Positions 53,331 to 64,000 of a stretch of 64,000 nucleotides of DNA are shown here, one piece after another. Location: contig CM041465.1 of the NCBI GenBank assembly GCA_023213395.1, forward strand, positions 175,467,741-175,531,740, read 5' to 3'. The DNA comes from Cycas panzhihuaensis. Taxonomy: Eukaryota; Plantae; Cycadophyta. The position numbers and the translations under genes were made by a program. Position 1 is the stretch's first letter, and each line of letters opens with the position of its first letter. The notes beneath the pieces are model-generated. The model worked only from the letters and a program-made list of their open reading frames with translations, did not search any database and was not told the origin of the DNA.

Positions 53331-54277
53331 TGCCTCATGCAAAAGACTCTATAGATCTTTAAAATGTTGGTACTCATGGATAGACCCCTCACCCTAATCT
53401 CAAATAGAATCTCCATGTTGAAAATAGTGGGTGTAATTTTGCTTTGTAATGTCAACCCAAAATAAGAGCTCATTGTTGAGAATACAAGGTCCCAAACCTT
53501 AAACCACCACAAGATCTGAACTATTTTGCAACTAGTTATAGGAATCAAAACTAAGATTTAACATGCAAGTTCTAAAATCAGAGATAATATAATAACATCA
53601 AAATACAAGCTAAACATCACATATGCACCAGATATAACATGGTAAAACCCTAGCAGTGTGCTAGGGAAACATCCACATAGGAATGGTATCGATCTTTATT
53701 GCTTTGGAATGGAGAAATAATATATCTCAGTAGCATAGTGCTCTCAGGAACAATAACCAGCCACCGCCCTCATCATAGTACATAACATTACATTACAACA
53801 TAATAAGAAAAGCCCTAAAACGGGCTACATGAGAGGGATATCCAAGGCATAAATCTCAATCGTAGAATCTAGGATATTTGTATCGAATGACCCTGATTGT
53901 CTTTACAATTTAATAAGGTTTACAGGGCTAATTTTTTGGGTTAGGGGCTATCGTCCCTGAACCCCTTCTTAGTGGGGGGGCGTTCCACCCCCCCACACCC
54001 CCTGGCCAAGGGGGGCTCCCCTTGGAACCCCCCGAGAAAGATTAGGGGGAAAACCGCGTCGAAAACATGCCAAAATTTTAGCCTTAAACGATTGTTGTCA
54101 CAATATCCAACACCAATAGACTCAAATAGAATCTGCCTCATGCAAAAGACTCTATGGATCTTTAAAATGTTGGTACTTATGGATAGACCCCTCATCCTAA
54201 TCTCAAATAGAATCTCCATGTTGAAAATAGTGGGTATCATTTTGTTTTATAATGTCAACCCAAAATAAGAGCTCATG
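53331..54277. repeat. ~145-bp direct repeat (53331-53473 and 54134-54277) flanking a probable solo LTR
   Basis: Both copies read TGCCTCATGCAAAAGACTCTAT..ATCTTTAAAATGTTGGTACT...GTCAACCCAAAATAAGAGCTCAT with few differences. Confidence 0.9.
53534..54112 (-). mobile_element. Probable solo LTR with a G/C-run cluster
   Basis: (T>A)GTTATAGG...TCCAACA ends; ACCAGATATAACATGGTAAAACCCTAGC...GCTAGGGAAACATCCAC motif typical of plant Copia LTRs. No clean TSD. Confidence 0.5.
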
Positions 54278-55259
54278 GGTGAACACTTAAAAGGTTATCT
54301 TCAAATAAAGTAATATAATAAAACTTATTTAAATAACATCCCATTTACTTATAAGTTATGATTGAAAACTTACTTTTAATTTTTAGTTCACATCTTTTCC
54401 TTACCTTTAAGTCCACCACCTCCACAATTATATCATTGGAATTATTACATTATAGAGCTAATTTATAGAGATGATATGCATTTACTTGAGCTGATAAATA
54501 TGTCACTCTATCTTTTGATATACATTTACTTGAATTAATAAATATTTTGCTTTATCTCTTGATCTAGAAGATGAACTTACATTGTCATTATGCCCATGAG
54601 CATCTTAATGCATCATTAAAACTTAGTGCATGATGCTTAGAATTCATCATAAGTGGAAGATTAGAAATTACATCATTAAGAACAAGGACTTTATTTAGTT
54701 TGTGATGTTAGTTCCCCTAAAAGGAAACCATGTTACTTTCCCATTAATTTGGTATACCACCTATAACAATCACATGATACGTTGGAAGAGAGCATTGTGG
54801 TAGTTTCTTAAACAACATAACTTCCTATAAGGAAGCATACATGCTTTACTTTTTCCATGAAATTCCCAATCTTATCAAGTAAATCTTGGCCCAATTTAAC
54901 TCCCTAAGATACAAAATTAATTTACTCAAAATGTTAAAAAATTCTTATACAATTAAAATTAGCATCACCTTCATTTTTGCTAAGATATCCTTATTGTAAT
55001 GACTATAGAAATTGTGTGCTATAAGTTTTACAATTCCCAATAACCATGATTAACACATCATAAGTGACTTGAATTTTAGGCCTCCTAAATAAAGCTTTTG
55101 TATATTTCTTATTGATGTTCATATCTTCCTTAAACCTCATCATTGTATAGCTTTGCAGGGTCTCTTCATTAACATGTGTTGAATCATTATTATAATACCT
55201 AAGTGAGATGAATCATCTATTTACTTCTCATAAACCAACTCCAAATTCTATTAATCATC

Positions 55260-58200
55260 TAATTTATTTATGACTTAATTATTGAACTAGACTTGAGCCC
55301 TTCTAATAAAGGGGCATCTATATAATTATAAGAAATAATTAACAAAGTTTTATAGTAAAAGAGATCAGGGGAAGGGGAATTTGCAAGTCAATTTATTACT
55401 GGAGTATATATTAACAAGTTGGAAGTTAGTGAGGAAGAGATCTATGAGTGGATAAAGGTATGATGAGATTGTGATTATTGCTTCATAGACATATGGTGAT
55501 GATTAGAAAGGTTCATGAGTTATACACTCATGAGAAGGCGTAAGTAGAAAAGTTAAAGTTGGTAAGAAGTAGCCAAGTAATGAGTTGTAACTAAACAACA
55601 ACTATTTACCAGAAGATACCTAGTGAGGATTAAGAGGTTTCATGAAGGAAGATTTTAGAAGGAAGCATGAATAAGAAATGTTGTAGATTAGAGATGTCAC
55701 AAGGGAGGAAGTTCATGAAGTAAACAAGAGTTATTAGATCATGAATGCATGGCAGACATAGAACGACAATGCAATAAAGATACTTACAGGGCATGTGAGT
55801 AAATAAACTTGGAATTGATATAGAGACATAAGTTATGAATTGAATCAAATGTTAATACTTGGTAGGATTTATAGGAATGATGACCTATGAAAGGGAATTT
55901 GAATAAAGACATAGTCATTGTGTGCTTATAGAAGAGTTAATGCAGAGGTGACTGGTAGGTGAATTTAAATGAAGCCTAAGAAGATGAATTCACAAGAAGG
56001 TCATTAGCAAAAGATAGGTTAAATAAAAAGGAGATCATTTAGGTTAACACTTTTAGAAAAGGAGAGGAAGCAACAAAGATAGATAAAGATGGTAGGAAGA
56101 AAGCTATAAGGAGAAGACACATAAGAGTACAAATAAAGGTAGTGCATGAGTAGTTAAAGAGTGCCAAAGTATTAAAAGTAGTACAAAAGCACCATTAGAG
56201 GTAGTACTCACAAACTATAGAACTCAAGTCAATGTCTAAGTTAATATTATGATTGTATATGCCTAGGGAGGCATACTGTATGAGTGATTGGGAGGGTGAG
56301 AAAGCCTATGCGAAGGCAAATATTATAATATGTATTGAAAGAGGCTATGAATGATTATAATATATTTTCTTGTGTATTGCAAAATGTTGTAAACACTTTT
56401 GTATTCTTATGGGTAAATGTTTATTAATTATAATATCTTAATTATATAAAACAAAGGGGTTATATTCCCTCAATTATTAAAGATCTTAAATGTGGTGTTT
56501 TATATAGTGGTTTTTATGATTTGTTCATACATGTTTGATTCCAAGTTATAAACCACCATCAATTTTTATAGGGATCATTGTGTTATCTTTAATATCAAAG
56601 CTAAAGAGTAGACAACATAACTTACATTGAGTAAAGCTTTAAGGAAAGAAGGAATAAATGAAGATGGCAAGTAAGAATTCCAAGAAACAAGAACTAGAAA
56701 CTAAGTTAATAGAGATGGAAATGATAAAATGGAGAATAAAAGAGTTAGAGAAAAGAAGATACCCAGAAAAGAAGTGCCCTTAGAGTATGGAGTAGGGGTT
56801 AATTTATGTGTTAAGATTAACTTTAGGGCAGTAGATAAAGAAGAAATGAGTTATAGTAGAGAAGGAGGATGTTATGGAGTTTGATAGTAGCCCAGAAGGG
56901 CTATATGGATGGTTGAAGGAAATGAATTACTTATTTATAAAAGAGAAGTTAAGGAAGCTAGAGAAAGTGAAGTTTATTGTAAGGAGTTTAAAGGGTGAAG
57001 TAAAGTGATGATATAGGAGCACACAAAATACAAGAGTAAAGAATGATAAGAAGAAGATTAAGGAGTAGAGCAAGATAAGACATACGGTGTTGAATAGATT
57101 TATACTCAATGAGGATAGGGATAAGTATGTGTGTATAGGAAGAGACACATAAGAGGTCATGGAAGGTTACTTTACACAAGAGATGGTTAGGGAACCTTTG
57201 GTGTTGCAAGCTTCTACTCTTATGGAGAGGGAAGTAAAGGATAAAGAAGAGGTTGAGGGAGATCTAAAGGAGCATGTTGATTGCCTGCTAAAAGTGATGG
57301 GGTACCCTTATCTGCATTTAGAGGAAGCACATATAAGTAATGAGTTATTTGACAAGAGTCCTATTAAGAGAGAGTTCATAAGGTAAGAGGATACTATGGA
57401 GAAAGATATGAAAAATAAGGAGGAAAACTTATAGGTAGAGATAAGTTAGTTACATGTTGATACAACATAGAAGTAAGATAAAGGAGGAGAGGAGGTAGGG
57501 AAGAAGTATATACTAAAGTTATGCCTTGGAGATGCAAATAATAAAGATGTGGAGAGTGTTGATGTGATGGATGTCTATGAGGAGAAGACACAGATGTAGA
57601 GTTCTATTGTGGTAGTGCTCATTTAGTGGATGTTGAGCATGCATATAAGGATGAGGATAATGATGTAGCAGCATGTGAGGCTATTGATTAAGAAGAAGCA
57701 GATGAGGGGAGAGGAGGTGAAGTTGAATACCTTGAGTGGGTTAATGAGGGTGAAAACAAAGGAAAGGTATATTTGTGAAGACTACATAGATGTATTTAGA
57801 GGACTTTAAAGTTAAGGAGTCTATTGAAGAGATGCTTATAAAGAAGAAGAAGATCTAATTGGTGAGAAAAGTAGATGAGATAACTTTTAATAAGGATAAT
57901 TAAAAAGGGTAGCTAAACATTCTAGATGATTATGTGTTAAAGCTTATAAAGGTGGAGACCATAGAGGGGATGAAGAAATTAGAGAATGGGAAGGAAATTT
58001 TATATAGTAGGCTTAAATACATATATTATCTTGTATAGAATTTAACATGGGGAGTGCTATAAAGGCCTTACAAGCAAAGGAGAAGATAGAGGAGAACTTG
58101 AATTTAGGTGGAAGGCTTGAATCTTCAAAGTCTTGTATAAGACTAGGTATCTTAATTTAGCTAGTATTAGTGAAGAATACTTCTATGAGGGAGAGTGAGT

Positions 58201-58560
58201 AGAAGTTTTATGATATTACTTGATTAGAGCTCTTGGGCATTTAGAGAATAAGAAATAGAGAGGAGTCTAAGTGTAAGTGTAAAGAGTATAGAAATTAATC
58301 ACAATTCTATAGTATACATTATAAGTAAAGGACTTCGAGGACAAGAGAAGTGGAGTTAAGGAAAGGATTACTACTAGAGGAAGATTGCTATGAACCTAGT
58401 TTGTAGTTTGAGTTAAATCACTAGATTCCAAAGAACAAAAGAGTACTTGAATAGATTTAATAGTCCAAGGATTAAGTAATTGATTAATAAAAATAAGTGA
58501 TGAAGAATGTTTACATTGCATGCATATTTATATGCATGGAATTAAGTCTTTTTGTAAAGA
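55260..58560 (+). mobile_element. Very decayed Gypsy-derived element (LTR-like region, degenerate PBS ~56590-56601, gag relic)
   Basis: TAATATCAAAGC is a decayed TGGTATCA(G/A)AGC; gag-like EFDSSPEGLYGWLKEM at ~56878-56925; purine-rich strand. Boundaries uncertain. Confidence 0.45.
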
Positions 58561-58576
58561 GGTGTAACCATTCAAA

Positions 58577-61500
58577 TATACCTTTCCCCATAATAATTAT
58601 ATTAATTAATTAGGGTTTGAAGAGGTTCATAACAAGTCCTCTCATTAAGATGTTTAGCCCCTAAAACTTCTATTCTATAATTCTAGATATCGATTGATAA
58701 AATCAATAAATTCCTAGGTAGCATCTTCAACAAACAGTCGTTTCCACTTAATTAAGTATTCTCAAACTATTTTTTATTATAATCACTTTTCTTAAATATT
58801 GATGATGGTCTCAAGGATAATAATTAATTTTCTTTCTTCATCTAAGATAAGTAGCTCTATTTGCATAAGAATATTGATATATAATTTTTTTTCTTTAAGC
58901 AATATATATGTAATATATTATGTATTTTAGAAGTTAGCAGTTTTAAAGCATAAGAAACTTCCTAAATCTTCTATTTAACTAGGTATGGTTCATACAACTT
59001 TGCATTGAATTTTTCCTTTCAAGAACCTTTTAAGAAGGCTCATTTATATAGCTATAATCTTACATAAACCCAATCACCTATCTCTATTGCTATTTTAACA
59101 TGATGCTTGTTAGTTTATTATTTTATCTAATTCTTGGTTTCTTCTAGATGCTCTTTTAATATTTGAACTATGTCTTACATTTCTGAAAGGTAGTTATTTG
59201 CTGTTGACACTTAACTATCCTTAGTTATCTAATTCTTTTGTTAGGTTGATTGATAGCCATGTAACACTTGGAATGGGGCCATTTTAATGGATGAGTGATA
59301 AGAGGAATTATACCATGCTTGAGCTAAGTGTAGCCATTTGTCTTGTGAGTTCTATTTATTTGCCATATAGTTTTTAAAGTAGATTTCCATGTATTTATTA
59401 ATTTCCTTAATCGGACCATTTATTTGCAAATGGTACCTAAAGCTAATTCCTAACTTTGTGCCAACTTATTTAACATCTTTTGCTAAAAGTAGCTCAAAAA
59501 TATAGGATCCATATCACTAATAATGGTATAAGGGAAATTGTATAGTTTTTATATCTCTTTAATAAATATTTTTGGTAATTAAGGAGCTTTATATGTGGAT
59601 TGAATGGGTATGAAATAAGAAATTTTGTGAGGCAATCTACCATCGTGTATATAGTATCTTTCTCTTTTGACTTAGGTAGTGTTGTAACAAAATTCATACT
59701 AATACTTCTCCATTTCTATTGTAGGATAAGTAAAGGCTGCAATAATTCTAATATAGTTATATGTTTATTTTTATTTAGCTGGTAGACTAAACATTCAACA
59801 ATAAACTTCTAGATCTCTTTTTTCATTCCTTTCTAGAAGGACCATTTAACTCTAAAATATATTTTGAAGAAGCCCTTATATCTTGTCGTATGCTTCTTTT
59901 AGTACTTCAGTTCAGAATGACAAATTTATCTCTAAGAATATTTGTCCTTTATACTATAAGATATCATTTTTCCATTTAAATTTATTATCACTTCCTTATT
60001 AAATTGCTTGAATTATTTGTTGGAAATTAGGATCCTTTATATACTTTGTTTATTTCTATTATTCATATTAGTTTTATTTGTTAGATATTGGGACCCTTTA
60101 TATACTTCGTTTATATTTCTATTATTTATAATAGTTTTATCATTGAAACTATGTTCAACTTGTGTTCTATACCTAGTTGGGGCTCTTCATCTCTACAAAA
60201 TAAAGTATCAACGAGTACATTAAGTTTACCTTTGTTATTATTTATGTCAAAGTCAAAAGCCTATATTTTTCTCACCCACTTCTATTGTTCTAAAGATAAC
60301 TCTTTTTGTTTCATAAGGTATTATAAAATATTATGATATATTTTTACTATAAATTTACTACCTAAAAAATGTTGATGCCATTTAATTAGGAAATGCATGA
60401 TAGCCAACATTTCTTTATTGTAAATGGATATAAGTTGTTACCTGTTATTTAATTTTCTACTTTCAAATGCAATGGATTTTCCTTCCTATATTAATACTGT
60501 ACCAATCCCTATTCGTAAAACATCACATTCTATTATGAAAATTTTAGAGAAGTTTGGTGAAGTTAAAATAGAAAGATCAGCCATAATTTATTTGAGCTAT
60601 TCAAAACATATTATTGCTTCTTCATTCCACTAGAAAGAATCCTTTTTTAATAGGTAGGTTAAGGAAACATTTTTTTTGTACATAAGTTTTAATAAAACAT
60701 TAATAATATCTTATTAATCTTAAGAAGCCTCATAGGTTAATGAGATTTTTGGGTGTGGACCATTCTTGAATGGCCTTGATCTTTCTTGGATCAACTATTA
60801 TCCCTTCATTTGAGATGAGATGTCCTGAATATTCTATTTCTTTTCTTCCAAAGGAACACTTAGTTTTTTTTTTTCAAAAAACTTTTGTTTCTTTAAAATG
60901 TTTAACACCTCATTTATATGGTTTATATGTTCTTTCTAATTTTTGGTAAATATTAATGTATCATGAAGAAATACCAAAATAGAGTTTAGTAAGAAGGGAC
61001 TAAAGAACTTTATTCATAATGGCTTGGAATGTGACAAGTGTATTGGTAAGACTAAAAGTCATTACTTTAAATTCATATCATGATCTTATATCTATTTTGG
61101 AGAAATACTCTACTCCTTATAGTTCATCCAATAACTCATCAATCCTTGGTATAGAAAACTTATTTTTTATTATAATTTTATTTAATGCTTGATAATCTAT
61201 ATACATATTATAAGATCTATCCTTTTACCTTACTAGGACTACAGGAACTATAAATAGTCTCTTATTGGGGACTAGTGCCCTAAAATTTAGTAACTCCAAT
61301 ATAATTTTTTAAATTTCTTTTCGATAATAATGTGGTCATTTATGTGGATGAATAATAATTATGTTAGTGCCTACCTCAAGCTTAATTTGATGTTCCAACC
61401 CTCTAGAGAAGGGTAACTTTATTAGGAGGCCTTGAAAGACTTCTTTATATTTTTGGATGATTCCTTGAAGTTTATTTTCATTAGTTATTGGTATCATCTT

Positions 61501-63490
61501 TGCTTGAATTAAAAAACATTAAACCACTATGCCTCGATGATCATTTTTAATTAAAATTTTCATACATTTATATGATATTAGTTAGTTTATTCCTTGTCTT
61601 TTTCCTTAAAGAATAATATTCCTACCTTCTTTCTTATATCTTCTAAATAATTCATCTAAATTCATTTCAAAAGCTCCAAGTGTTCTAAGCTACTTATTAT
61701 TAATAATAACTTCTACTTCTCCCACATTGAGCACATCAAAATTTTCTTTGATAGTAATATAAATGATCATGGGTTTAAGCTTTTCTATTATACATTATCT
61801 TGATATAACTTGTCATCCTTCAGCACTTACTTAAAAGAAAGATGTTCTTCATAGAAATAACCTTAGGTATTGAGCGAAGATACTATCTATAAAATTATGA
61901 GTGTTTGGTAGATCTATCAAGATCATAATGGCTTTATTTTTTATGAATCCACTTAGTTTTAATATATCAAATCTCATGAGACCACTCATAGCTAAAAATG
62001 ACATTTTCAAATGTCATGGTCTAGATTATAACAATCTTCATGAGATTCATGATAGTCTTCTTGGATTATTCTTGGGCTTTCTTCCTCGTCATATACTTCA
62101 TTTTTTGCTATGAGAGGTAACTCAATTGTATGTAACTGGTTTTTCTAACAATTGTGACCCATTACCCACTTTCTGATACATCTAAAATATAGATTTTCCC
62201 CCACTTAAATCTTCTTGGTCTACTCTTAATGTTTGAAACACAAGTCTAATCTATTGTTTAGACCTTATTGATAAAGGGTTGAATTGAATAACTGGTAATA
62301 AATTAGACTAAGCAAATGGGAAAATATAGGATGTTATTTTTGCTTTTCCTAACTTATTGATCCTATCTTGCTATATTCTAATAAGTTATATTACTTTATT
62401 AAGATCTTTTGGTTCTTGGATCTTCACATCAACTTGAATTTCCATTATTAGGCCATCAATGTATAATTGAATAAGTCTACTAATTGGGACGTCTTCTAAT
62501 ATATCAATCAATTTAGTGAATGCCATATTATATTCTTCTATAATTCTTATTTTCCTGAACTTCTATAATTCATAATAGTAATCACAATTAATTATAATTT
62601 TGAATCTTTTAATTAATAAATTCTTTCCATATTGGTAATTAGTGTTATAATGTGGTATGTTCTAAGCTCTAGTAGCATTCACATGTAATTTTATCCATGT
62701 GTAACATCACTAAAGTGACTTACTTAATTAACTTAATTTCTATGAAGTAAAAATAAATTTTCATTTGTTATATCTATACTCTTAGTTCATGTGTCTTCTA
62801 GTCAATACTAAAGTGTTAAATCATAACTTTTTCTAGTTTTTTTTTTTTTTGTGATTATATAGATTATAAATAATTAAAGTATGCTTGGAATCTAATTACT
62901 TTTTGTTCTTCAAGTATTAGGTTTTCATAGTCATTTAGATATTTTCTAATAAGATCATTGGCAAGGTTTAATTATGTTGTCATAGGTCTAGAATTATTTC
63001 TAGTAAGCCATGTTTTCATATGACTAGTGACTAATTCCTTCATCTTCTAAATTGAGTACAATTAACTCATCTTTCCTACCTATTGCCATGATTGTTAATT
63101 TATCTAAGATTTGATGTAAGTTGTGGTTTAAGAGTATAATCAATGTTTGTACTACCTCATGAATTACTTAGGTGATAGGCTCAACTATATCTTTTTAGAT
63201 TGTGTTTTATGAAATTTCTTTAATGTTCAACATGTTTATAATAGTGTATGTACGATTCCATAAATTACCTTATGTTACTATGAATTATTATATTTTATAG
63301 TATTCTTAATTGAGTCCACTATGTTATCCAAGAGACATTAAATATTTCTAGATCACTATGTTTCTTGATATATTGGTCAATATATGTTTTGTTTAATTAC
63401 TTCTTGACTTCCCTTAATATGTACTTATCTATAGAGGAATGGTCATTTCAATCACCCAATTTAGAGAATAAGCTCTAATTCAAATTTATA
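58577..63490 (-). mobile_element. Decayed chromovirus Ty3/Gypsy internal region (gag, protease, RT, RNase H, integrase, chromodomain)
   Basis: Chromodomain EYLIKWKRLFVEDAT*E (~58711-58762). Integrase MNFVTTLPKS..KDTI..MVDCLTKF and WYNSSYHSSIKMAPFQV; RNase H ECDVLRIGIGTVL; RT IDYQALNKI..KNKFSIPRIDELLDEL, KVMTFSLTNTLVTFQA, IEYSGHLIS; protease ILIDLPNTHNFI; PPT-like CCTTTCCCC at 58581; decayed PBS ~63472-63483. Confidence 0.9.
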
Positions 63491-64000
63491 TGATTTTTAT
63501 CTATCCAAAGGATATAGTATACCATGTCTTATATAGATGTATAGTCACTTTTTTCTTAATCTTACACTAGATTTATGAGGATTTGTAGTAAAGGTAGAGG
63601 TATTTGTTATTTGACTATTTATTTATATAGGGTTAAATAATAAATAATGTATGTATATATCTATGTAATGGTGATATAGAATTAAATGTAATGTTGAGAC
63701 ATCATAGAATATATTCATATATTCATGGAGGAATAATGTATTTAACTGTTAATGGTTGGAGAGTATAGGTTTGTAATAGAATCATGGGACATTACATTCA
63801 CTATCTCTACAGTAAAGAAAAACCTTCCTCGTCATATACTTCATTTTTTTCTATGAGAGGTAACTCAATTGTATGTAATTGGTTTTTCTAACAATTGTGA
63901 CCCACTACCCACTTTCTGATACATCTAAAATATAGATCCCCCCCTCCCCCCCCTTAAATCTTCTTGGTCTGCTCTTAATGTTTGAAACACAAGTCTAATC
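62081..64000. repeat. Near-identical duplication: 62081-62251 repeated at 63824-64000 (runs off the window)
   Basis: Colinear copies with only a few substitutions plus a C-run length difference; offset 1743 bp. Confidence 0.92.

Overview
AT-rich plant nuclear DNA from a large-genome species (lycophyte, fern or gymnosperm style; the species cannot be determined from the sequence). Almost all of it is nested retroelements and compound (TA)n/(CA)n microsatellites. The only host gene piece is a minus-strand first coding exon at about 24392-24863. It matches, from recall, the N-terminus of a plastid RelA/SpoT homologue (motif TAxAIASGACLSTKVDFLWP). It ends at a GT donor and no exon 2 is visible to its left, so bases 1-24391 are probably one intron of more than 24 kb, holding six Copia-type LTR elements, a Gypsy relic and a young tRNA-derived SINE. 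The right half is older, heavily C->T-decayed intergenic repeat: Copia, an L1 LINE with RNase H, and chromovirus Gypsy. The most notable item is a very young non-autonomous LTR element (6254-10877; LTRs differ at 2 of 365 positions; GGAGG target-site duplication). It lacks pol, encodes a Gag N-terminus plus an unknown 333-codon ORF, and carries antisense fragments of two host stress genes in its leader: a PUB22/23/24-type U-box/ARM ligase and an apparently spliced Cu/Zn-SOD. Four different Copia-type elements also share a hairpin, conserved in geometry but not sequence, that loops out the PPT/LTR junction. All alignments and identities were done by eye; no database searches were run.
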